Source of the DNA: a virus
Taxonomy: Duplodnaviria; Heunggongvirae; Uroviricota; Caudoviricetes
Strand: one strand, 5' to 3'
Virus record (IMG/VR): IMGVR_UViG_2731957955_000011
Length of the DNA: 33,875 bases
Positions 26,131 through 33,875 of the stretch are shown here, one piece after another. The notes beneath the pieces were generated by a model, which saw nothing but the letters and a program-made list of their open reading frames with translations, was not told the origin of the DNA and searched no databases. The stretch's first letter is position 1, and every line of letters starts with the position of its first letter. Position numbers and translations under genes: made by a program.

Positions 26131-27840
26131 ATGAAATTTATTGGGAAGCTGCTTCTCTACATTCTCATCGCTCTGTTAGTGGTGATCGCTGGCCTCTATT
26201 TTCTTCTGCAAACCCGCTGGGGAGCAGAACATATCAGCGCATGGGTTTCCGAGAATAGCGACTATCATCTGGCCTTCGGGGCGATGGATCACCGTTTTTC
26301 CGCGCCATCTCATATCGTGCTGGAGAACGTCACGTTTGGCCGTGATGGCCAGCCCGCGACCCTGGTGGCAAAAAGTGTCGACATTGCGCTAAGCAGTCGG
26401 CAACTGACCGAACCACGCCATGTCGATACCATCCTGCTGGAAAACGGGACGCTGAATCTCACCGACCAGACCGCGCCGCTACCGTTCAAAGCCGATCGTC
26501 TGCAACTGCGTGATATGGCGTTTAATAGCCCGAATAGCGAATGGAAACTGAGCGCGCAGCGGGTAAATGGCGGCGTAGTTCCGTGGTCACCAAAAGCCGG
26601 TAAAGTGCTGGGTACGAAGGCGCAGATTCAGTTTAGTGCCGGATCGCTTTCGCTCAATGATGTTCCTGCCACCAATGTACTGATTGAAGGCAGTATTGAT
26701 AACGATCGCGTTACGCTGACTAACCTGGGTGCCGACATCGCCCGCGGGACATTAACCGGAAACGCGCAGCGTAACGCCGACGGCAGCTGGCAAGTGGAAA
26801 ACCTGCGCATGGCGGATATACGTCTACAAAGCGAAAAATCGCTAACCGACTTCTTTGCGCCATTACGCTCTGTCCCGTCGTTGCAGATTGGTCGCCTGGA
26901 AGTGATCGATGCTCGTTTGCAAGGTCCGGACTGGGCGGTGACCGACCTCGATCTCAGCTTGCGCAACATGACCTTCAGTAAAGATGACTGGCAGACACAG
27001 GAAGGCAAACTGTCGATGAACGCTAGCGAGTTCATTTATGGTTCGCTGCATTTATTTGACCCGATTATAAACGCGGAATTTTCCCCGCAGGGCGTAGCGC
27101 TGCGCCAGTTCACCAGCCGCTGGGAAGGGGGTATGGTCAGAACGTCAGGGAACTGGCTGCGTGACGGGAAAACGTTGATCCTTGATGATGTGGCAATTGC
27201 CGGGCTGGAATATACCTTGCCGAAAAACTGGCAACAGTTGTGGATGGAAACGACACCCGGTTGGTTAAACAGCCTGCAACTGAAGAGATTTAGCGCCAGC
27301 CGCAATCTGATCATTGATATCGACCCTGACTTCCCGTGGCAGCTCACCGCGCTCGATGGTTACGGTGCCAACCTGACGCTGGTTACCGATCATAAATGGG
27401 GCGTCTGGAGTGGCTCGGCGAATCTGAATGCCGCCGCCGCGACATTCAATCGTGTTGATGTTCGTCGCCCGTCGCTGGCGCTGACCGCCAACAGCAGCAC
27501 GGTGAATATCAGCGAACTGAGTGCATTTACTGAAAAAGGCATTCTGGAAGCCACCGCCAGTGTTTCACAAACGCCACAACGTCAGACACATATCAGCCTG
27601 AATGGACGCGGTGTGCCGGTGAATATTTTGCAACAGTGGGGATGGCCTAAATTACCGTTGACTGGCGACGGCAATATTCAGCTTACCGCCAGTGGCGATA
27701 TTCAGGCCAATGTCCCGTTGAAACCTACGGTTAGCGGGCAATTGCATGCCGTGAACGCCGCAAAGCAGCAAGTGACTCAAACCATGAATGCTGGCATCGT
27801 TTCCAGCGGTGAAGTTACATCGACGGAGCCGGTGCGGTAA
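26131..27840 (+). CDS. yicH: AsmA-family protein YicH
   Basis: In-frame ATG at 26131 gives MKFIGKLLLYILIALLVVIAGLYFLLQTRWGAEHISAWVSENSDYHLAFGAMDH... (569 aa) with an N-terminal membrane anchor. Confidence 0.88.
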   Translation: MKFIGKLLLYILIALLVVIAGLYFLLQTRWGAEHISAWVSENSDYHLAFGAMDHRFSAPSHIVLENVTFGRDGQPATLVAKSVDIALSSRQLTEPRHVDTILLENGTLNLTDQTAPLPFKADRLQLRDMAFNSPNSEWKLSAQRVNGGVVPWSPKAGKVLGTKAQIQFSAGSLSLNDVPATNVLIEGSIDNDRVTLTNLGADIARGTLTGNAQRNADGSWQVENLRMADIRLQSEKSLTDFFAPLRSVPSLQIGRLEVIDARLQGPDWAVTDLDLSLRNMTFSKDDWQTQEGKLSMNASEFIYGSLHLFDPIINAEFSPQGVALRQFTSRWEGGMVRTSGNWLRDGKTLILDDVAIAGLEYTLPKNWQQLWMETTPGWLNSLQLKRFSASRNLIIDIDPDFPWQLTALDGYGANLTLVTDHKWGVWSGSANLNAAAATFNRVDVRRPSLALTANSSTVNISELSAFTEKGILEATASVSQTPQRQTHISLNGRGVPVNILQQWGWPKLPLTGDGNIQLTASGDIQANVPLKPTVSGQLHAVNAAKQQVTQTMNAGIVSSGEVTSTEPVR

Positions 27841-27851
27841 ACATCAATCTC

Positions 27852-27878
27852 GCCGGGTACGACTCAGACGTACCCGGC
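27852..27878. terminator. perfect 10-bp hairpin between convergent yicH and yicI
   Basis: gccgggtacg-actcaga-cgtacccggc, read directly; lies between the yicH stop (27840) and the yicI stop (27893). No clear U-tract on either strand. Confidence 0.4.
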
Positions 27879-27892
27879 ATTCCATCAATAGA

Positions 27893-30211
27893 TTACAACG
27901 TAATTGTCAGCGCATTCCCTTGAGGCTTCACCACCAGCCCCTGCTCACTTTCAGCCTGCGAACCGTCTTGCAGACCATTTACTTTCACAACATTGCGCAG
28001 GCACAGCGTCCAGTTCTTCGCCTCGCCCGCACCAGTCACAGTAATCGTGTTGCCAGTACGTGCTGCTTTTAAAGTAAAGATCACCGATCCGTCAGTAGCG
28101 GGCACTTCACAGACGGCTTCATGCCCGTCTTGCAGATTAAAGAGGTGGAATGCCGTGCCTTCGTGCCACACGTAATCGGGACGTTGATCGTTGTTGCCCA
28201 GCGCCAGTAGGGTGTTATCACGCACATAAATGGGCAGACTCAGGAAGCTGTGCTGCTGTTTATGCCAGCGACTACCGTCGAGCTCATCGTTGTGCCACAG
28301 GTGTGTCCAGCGACCTTCCGGCAGGTAGAACTGCACATCGCCCGCTTCAGTGAACACCGGCGCAACCATCACGTTGTCGCCTAACATGTATTGACGGTCA
28401 AGGTAATCACAAGCCGGATCGTCCGGGAACTCCATCATCATGGCCCGCATCATCGGCGTACCCCGCGCGTTCGCACGCGCAGCTTCACGATACAGATACG
28501 GCATCATGCGGCATTTCAGTTGCGTGAAGAAGCGCACCACATCACAGGACTCATCATCGTAGGCCCACGGCACACGATAAGATTTGCTACCGTGTAAACG
28601 GCTATGGCTGGAGAGCAAACCAAACGCGCACCAGCGTTTGTAAACGTGCGCCGGAGCGGTATTTTCAAAGCCGCCGATATCGTGGCTCCAGAAGCCAAAA
28701 CCTGAAAGGCCAATAGACAAACCACCGCGCAGGCTTTCCGCCATTGATTCGTAGTTAGCGTAACAATCGCCACCCCAGTGTACCGGGAATTTCTGCGCAC
28801 CGACGGAGGCCGAGCGGGCAAACAAGACAGCTTCTTCCTCACCAACGGTGTCCTTGAGCACGTTCCACACCAGTTCGTTGTAGATGTACGCATAATGGTT
28901 ATGCATTTTCTGCGGATCGGAACCGTCAAACCACTGAACATCAGTTGGGATACGTTCGCCAAAGTCGGTCTTAAAGCAATCAACGCCCATCGCGACCAGA
29001 CCTTTCAGTTTGTCGGCGTACCATTTGCAGGCATCCGGATTGGTAAAGTCATAAATCGCCAGACCTGGCTGCCATTTATCCCACTGCCATAGCGAACCGT
29101 CCGGGCGTTTGAGTAAATAGCCTTTCTCTTGTAACTCTTTAAAGACGGGGGATTTTTGACCGATATAGGGGTTAATCCAGACGCAGATTTTCAGTCCTTT
29201 CGCTTTCAGGCGGCGGATCATCCCTTCCGGGTCAGGGAAAGTCAGCGGGTCCCACTCAAAATCGCACCACTGGAAGGCTTTCATCCAGAAACAGTCAAAG
29301 TGGAAAACATGCAGCGGCAGATTGCGTTCCGCCATACCATCGATAAAGCTGTTTACCGTCGCTTCGTCGTAGTTGGTGGTAAATGAAGTGGTTAGCCACA
29401 GGCCGAAGGACCACGCGGGCGGCAGCGCCGGACGACCAGTAAAGCGGGTATAACGATCAAGTACCGCTTTCGGCGTCGGGCCGTCGATAACAAAGTATTC
29501 GAGATATTCACTCTCAACGCTGAACTGCACTTTGGAGACTTTCTCCGATCCCACTTCAAAAGAGACACACTGGGGATGATTGACCAGTACCCCATAACCA
29601 CGGTTAGTCATGTAGAACGGGATATTTTTATACGCCTGTTCAGTACTTGTGCCGCCGTCCCGGTTCCAGGTCTCTACCGTCTGGCCATTGCGCACCAGGG
29701 CAGTAAAGCGCTCTCCCAGACCGTAAACTGTTTCGCCAACGCCAAGATCAAGCCGCTCAAACATATAATTGCGTTGATTATTCGTGTCCTGCACGTAGCC
29801 ATTATTTTTCACCTGACTACCGGTAATACGTTCGCCGTTGCGCAGAAAATCCAGTGACCAGAACTCACCTTTGCTGACACGCGCGCTTAAGTTGCCACTT
29901 TTAAACTCAGCATAACGTTCTGTGTTTTCGATTGTGACCTTCACGTCCTGCAAAATATTGAGCGGATAATGAGGACCGTTATTCAGCGCCCCCTGAAAAT
30001 GCTCAATCCGCACACCGACAATACCTTCCTGTGGGGAGAAAAAGCGCAACGTAAATAAAGGAGTATCAAGCTGCCAGGTACGTTCACGCACATCACGGGG
30101 GGCAGCATAGACCACCATTTCATTATCCTGCTGTTCAACCTCGAACACCTGAAGCGGGTGAATCAAATTGAGGCCAGGTTGAATCAACCAGTTTCCATCG
30201 CTAATTTTCAT
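27893..30211 (-). CDS. yicI: alpha-xylosidase YicI (glycoside hydrolase family 31)
   Basis: 772-aa [56 protein letters not shown]... with GH31 catalytic-region motifs (WINPY, KTDFGE). Confidence 0.92.
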
Positions 30212-30220
30212 TGCCGTTCC

Positions 30221-31603
30221 TTAGTTCTGCACTTCTTGAGAGGTGAATTGTTGCTGGCAACGGCGTTTACCCTGAGCCAGCTGTTCCATAACGGTTTTCA
30301 GATTGTGCGTCGTGAGTGAGTAGTAGCGTTTAGCGATAATCGCGCTCAGCAAATAACAGATCGCCGGAACAATCGTGAATAGCGCAATAATGATGCTAAT
30401 CGTGGCGCTGTTCTGCGCTTTTTCTGCCGCATCATATCCGCCATAAGCCAGCATCCAGCCGATAAGAGCGCCGCCGAAGGCCAACCCCAGTTTGAGCACA
30501 AACAGCGTGCCAGCAAAACTGATCCCGGTCAGGCGTTTACCATTGCACCACTCGCCGTAGTCGACGGTATCGGACATCATTACCCACTGGATAGGTGTCA
30601 CCAGTTGATGCAACACACCAATCACGAAGATGAAGACAAACATAGTGATGCTGGCCTGCATGGGAACAAAGAACATCGCGAGGCTAATCACTGCCAGCAG
30701 GGCGTTCGTCCACCAGAAGATAGTGACTTTACATTTCCAGTCGGTCAGAGGTTTTGCCAGTGCGGAACCAATCAGGTTACCCACGCAATAAGTGGTGAGA
30801 AAAGCGACAAACACTTCCGGCGTGCCCAAAATCCATGTGACGTAATACATCATCGCCCCACCGCGTACGCACACCGCCAGGATATTGAAAATGGTTAGTA
30901 AACCGACAATCCGCCACTGGTCGTTTTGCCAGATATCACGTAAATCTTCCCGCATAGACGTTGTTGTAGGTGGTGCTTCAACGCGTTCTTTAGTGGTGAA
31001 GAAACAAAATGCCAGCATCATGAATGCCACCACGGAAAGGACCGCGATACCGCCCTGGAAACCGAGTGGTTTATTATCACCGCCAATTAAATTAACCAGT
31101 GGCATCATCAGAACAGTAGAAAGCATGCCTCCCGCGGTCGCCAGCACAAAACGCCAGGATTGCAGCGAGATACGCTGAGTCGGGTCATTGGTGATTACAC
31201 CACCCAATGCGCAGTAAGGGATATTGACGACGGTATAAAGTAAGGTAAGTAGGGTGTAAGTAATTGCTGCATAGATCATTTTGCCGTTCATACTGAGATC
31301 TGGCGTGCTATAGGCCAGTACACAGACGATCCCGAATGGCAGTGCGCCAAACAGTACCCACGGACGAAATTTACCCCAGCGAGAGCGCGTTCGATCGGCC
31401 AACAACCCCATGCAAGGATCGGAAATCGCATCCAGTGCACGAGCGACCAAAAACATGGTTCCGACAAATCCGGCAGGAATGCCAAAAATATCGGTATAAA
31501 AGAACATCATATATAACATTACGTTATCGAAAATAATGTGGCTGGCGGCGTCTCCCATGCCATAACCAATTTTCTCTTTAACGGACAACACTTCACTCTT
31601 CAT
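30221..31603 (-). CDS. yicJ: GPH-family (glycoside-pentoside-hexuronide) sugar:cation symporter YicJ
   Basis: In-frame ATG at 31603 gives MKSEVLSVKEKIGYGMGDAASHIIFDNVMLYMMFFYTDIFGIPAGFVGTMFLVARALDAISDP... (460 aa); 9 nt upstream of yicI, so a likely yicJI operon. Confidence 0.9.
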   Translation of the reverse strand: MKSEVLSVKEKIGYGMGDAASHIIFDNVMLYMMFFYTDIFGIPAGFVGTMFLVARALDAISDPCMGLLADRTRSRWGKFRPWVLFGALPFGIVCVLAYSTPDLSMNGKMIYAAITYTLLTLLYTVVNIPYCALGGVITNDPTQRISLQSWRFVLATAGGMLSTVLMMPLVNLIGGDNKPLGFQGGIAVLSVVAFMMLAFCFFTTKERVEAPPTTTSMREDLRDIWQNDQWRIVGLLTIFNILAVCVRGGAMMYYVTWILGTPEVFVAFLTTYCVGNLIGSALAKPLTDWKCKVTIFWWTNALLAVISLAMFFVPMQASITMFVFIFVIGVLHQLVTPIQWVMMSDTVDYGEWCNGKRLTGISFAGTLFVLKLGLAFGGALIGWMLAYGGYDAAEKAQNSATISIIIALFTIVPAICYLLSAIIAKRYYSLTTHNLKTVMEQLAQGKRRCQQQFTSQEVQN

Positions 31604-31858
31604 CTGCTTTTCCTTGATGCTATAGGGGTGCTGAGACCGATAACGCATTTTGTAAACCATCCCTGTGAGAGCGAATATTCCGATATCTGGTTATTAATTT
31701 ATGATTCTTGTTTTATGTGATCGTGGTAGCGTTAATTCCGCTCATATATCATTGTAAAATATGGGTTTTATATGAACTATAATGCTTTCGTGATAATACG
31801 CTGCGTGTATTAGGCGGAAAAAACTGATCTGGGGGATGTAGAAACTCAAGGAAGTAGC

Positions 31859-31864
31859 TATAAT
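31859..31864 (+). promoter_or_regulatory. candidate -10 hexamer (TATAAT) of the selC promoter
   Basis: Perfect tataat 32 nt upstream of the mature tRNA 5' end, followed by a GC-rich discriminator-like sequence; no good -35 seen. Confidence 0.35.
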
Positions 31865-31895
31865 GCGCCCCGCCTCCATGTAGCAATCGAGGCGC

Positions 31896-31990
31896 GGAAG
31901 ATCGTCGTCTCCGGTGAGGCGGCTGGACTTCAAATCCAGTTGGGGCCGCCAGCGGTCCCGGGCAGGTTCGACTCCTGTGATCTTCCGCCA
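31896..31990 (+). tRNA. selC: tRNA-Sec (selenocysteine, anticodon UCA)
   Basis: 95-nt sequence GGAAGATCGTCGTCTCCGGTGAGGCGGCTGGACTTCAAATCCAGTTGGGGCCGCCAGCGGTCCCGGGCAGGTTCGACTCCTGTGATCTTCCGCCA, matching E. coli selC as I recall it; anticodon TCA at 31930..31932; encoded CCA end. Confidence 0.95.
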
Positions 31991-32103
31991 GTTTACCTCT
32001 TCTGAACTCTCCCAATGTCAATAAATCTCTTCTAATCCCTTGTATATCAGTATTTATTTGTATCCTGAGGTCAACCTACTTCACCCCATATCAAGTTTCT
32101 TTT

Positions 32104-32254
32104 GGGGGTACTTTAGGGGGTGTTATTTCCTATTGAAATACAAGCACCCCCATAATAGGAAAAATATGATACATAACAACGGCTTTTAACAATATCTTTG
32201 TTATACAAGGGGTGTATTGGGGGTATCAGGTTAGTTACTGGCAGAAATCCCCCT
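32104..32254. repeat. cluster of G5/C5-containing heptamer repeats plus a 9-bp inverted repeat in the selC-int spacer (candidate integrase or regulator binding sites, attL arm)
   Basis: GGGGGTA at 32104..32110 and 32219..32225; GGGGGTG at 32116..32122; GGGGTGT at 32209..32215; CACCCCC at 32145..32151; TCCCCCT at 32248..32254; tttcctatt (32126..32134) / aataggaaa (32154..32162) perfect inverted repeat. All read directly; function inferred. Confidence 0.4.
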
Positions 32255-32289
32255 CAGGAAGATGAATTCATCAAAAGCCGGAGGATGTC

Positions 32290-33474
32290 ATGGCATTAAC
32301 CGATATCAAAGTGAAAACCGCAAAACCCAAAGACAAACCCTATAAGCTTGCTGATGGCGGCGGTATGTATCTACTGATTAACACTAATGGTTCTAAATAC
32401 TGGCGCATGAAGTACCGCTTTGCTGGTAAAGAAAAGATGCTTTCTATTGGCGTATACCCCGATGTAACGTTAGCCGATGCTCGCGAGAAACGCAGTGAAG
32501 CCAGGAAACTCCTCGCTGCTGGAGGCGATCCAGGGGAGGCAAAAAAGGAAGAAAAAATCGCGCAGCAAATGAGTCTGAAAAATACGTTCGAGGCTATTGC
32601 TCGCGAATGGCACCAGTCAAAAGCTGATCGGTGGTCATTACGCTATCGTGATGAAATCATTGATACCTTTGAAAAAGACATTTTTCCCTACATTGGCAAG
32701 CGCCCTATTGCCGAAATCAAACCAATGGAGTTACTGGAAGCACTACGTAAAATGGAAAAACGTGGAGCTCTGGAGAAAATGCGCAAGGTCCGCCAGCGCT
32801 GTGGTGAGGTGTTCCGCTATGCAATTGTTACTGGCCGGGCAGACTATAACCCAGCCCCCGATCTTGCCAGTGCTTTAGCTACACCGAAAAAAGTACATTT
32901 TCCCTTTCTTACTGCTAATGAACTTCCCCACTTCCTCAACGATCTGGCGGGTTATACCGGAAGTATAATCACTAAGACAGCTACTCAGATCATTATGTTA
33001 ACCGGCGTACGAACACAAGAACTGCGTTTTGCACGCTGGGAAGATATCGATTTTGAGACAAAATTGTGGGAGATCCCGGCAGAAGTAATGAAGATGAAGC
33101 GACCTCATATTGTGCCGCTCTCTGAGCAGGTCATTATGCTATTTAAGCAGCTTGAACCAATCTCAAAACATCATCCCCTAGTCTTTATCGGTAGAAATGA
33201 TCCCCGCAAACCAATTAGTAAGGAAAGCATTAACCAAGTAATTGAATTACTTGGATATAAGGGAAGACTCACAGGGCACGGTTTCAGACACACCATGAGT
33301 ACAATTCTGCATGAACAAGGCTTTAATTCCGCCTGGATTGAAATGCAGTTAGCTCATGTGGATAAAAATTCCATCAGGGGTACCTATAATCATGCCCTGT
33401 ATCTCGATGGCCGCCGTGAAATGATGCAATGGTACGCTGATTACATTGATTCACTCTCCAGCCGGGAAAGTTAA
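32290..33474 (+). CDS. P4-family tyrosine site-specific integrase (tRNA-associated genomic-island integrase)
   Basis: 394-aa ORF MALTDIKVKTAKPKDKPYKLADGGGMYLLINTNGSKYWRMKYRFAGKEKMLSIGVYPDVTLADAREKR... with a P4-Int-like N-terminal arm-binding region and catalytic-core motifs (TGVRTQELRFARWEDID; HGFRHTMSTIL; RGTYNHA). Good ggagga Shine-Dalgarno. Sits 300 bp 3' of selC. Confidence 0.88.
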   Translation: MALTDIKVKTAKPKDKPYKLADGGGMYLLINTNGSKYWRMKYRFAGKEKMLSIGVYPDVTLADAREKRSEARKLLAAGGDPGEAKKEEKIAQQMSLKNTFEAIAREWHQSKADRWSLRYRDEIIDTFEKDIFPYIGKRPIAEIKPMELLEALRKMEKRGALEKMRKVRQRCGEVFRYAIVTGRADYNPAPDLASALATPKKVHFPFLTANELPHFLNDLAGYTGSIITKTATQIIMLTGVRTQELRFARWEDIDFETKLWEIPAEVMKMKRPHIVPLSEQVIMLFKQLEPISKHHPLVFIGRNDPRKPISKESINQVIELLGYKGRLTGHGFRHTMSTILHEQGFNSAWIEMQLAHVDKNSIRGTYNHALYLDGRREMMQWYADYIDSLSSRES

Positions 33475-33577
33475 ATCAGAAATACTTTTCCCTGATATTT
33501 TCCTCAATTAAGTATTTTATCCTCTGGCCTACAAGGCTGGAGGATTTTTGTTATTATATTATTTTTTTTGCGTCTTC

Positions 33578-33875
33578 GGTAATGACTCCAACTTATTGAT
33601 AGTGTTTTATGTTCAGATAATGCCCGATGACTTTGTCATGCAGCTCCACCGATTTTGAGAACGACAGCGACTTCCGTCCCAGTCGTGCCAGGTGCTGCCT
33701 CAGATTCAGGTTATGCCGCTCAATTCGCTGCGTATATCGCTTGCTGATTACGTGCAGCTTTCCCTTCAGGCGGGATTCATACAGCGGCCAGCCATCCGTC
33801 ATCCATATCACCACGTCAAAGGGTGACAGCAGGCTCATAAGACGCCCCAGCGTCGCCATAGTGCGTTCACCGAAT
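33578..33875 (-). mobile_element. IS1 insertion sequence, partial (terminal inverted repeat plus about 300 bp; remainder beyond window end)
   Basis: Starts with the IS1 terminal inverted repeat ggtaatgactccaacttattgatagtgttttatgttcagataatgcccgatgac... and continues as IS1 sequence as I recall it, with insB encoded on the minus strand. Confidence 0.9.
33593..33875 (-). CDS. insB: IS1 transposase InsB, C-terminal part (5' end beyond window)
   Basis: Minus-strand frame ...[93 protein letters not shown], open to the window edge. Confidence 0.88.
   Translation of the reverse strand, partial: FGERTMATLGRLMSLLSPFDVVIWMTDGWPLYESRLKGKLHVISKRYTQRIERHNLNLRQHLARLGRKSLSFSKSVELHDKVIGHYLNIKHYQ

Noticed and set aside
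31742-32021. Minus-strand ORFs (63 and 90 aa) overlapping selC
   Set aside because: They run antisense through the tRNA-Sec gene and its promoter; artefacts of the GC-rich tRNA sequence.

Overview
This window reads as an Escherichia coli/Shigella chromosomal backbone segment (K-12 map region around 82 min), with one accessory-element boundary at its right end. Gene order is: LPS core genes (partial GT8 glycosyltransferase, waaP, waaG, waaQ on the minus strand; waaA-coaD on the plus strand), mutM, rpmG-rpmB, yicR, coaBC(dfp)-dut-slmA, pyrE-rph, yicC, dinD, yicG, ligB, gmk-rpoZ-spoT-trmH-recG, gltS, xanP, yicH, yicI-yicJ, tRNA-Sec (selC). Immediately 3' of selC is an intact P4-family tyrosine integrase, followed about 100 bp later by the end of an IS1 copy that runs off the window. 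All protein identifications rest on my recognition of the translated ORFs, not on a database search. The strain is not K-12 MG1655: rph is full length, a GT8 glycosyltransferase follows waaP where K-12 has waaS, and selC carries an integrase. I see no CRISPR array and no complete novel system inside the window; the only candidate for novel cargo is the selC island, whose interior lies beyond the IS1 at the window edge. Supported regulatory sites include the ops element upstream of waaQ, the pyrE attenuator, a LexA box upstream of dinD and several intergenic hairpins.
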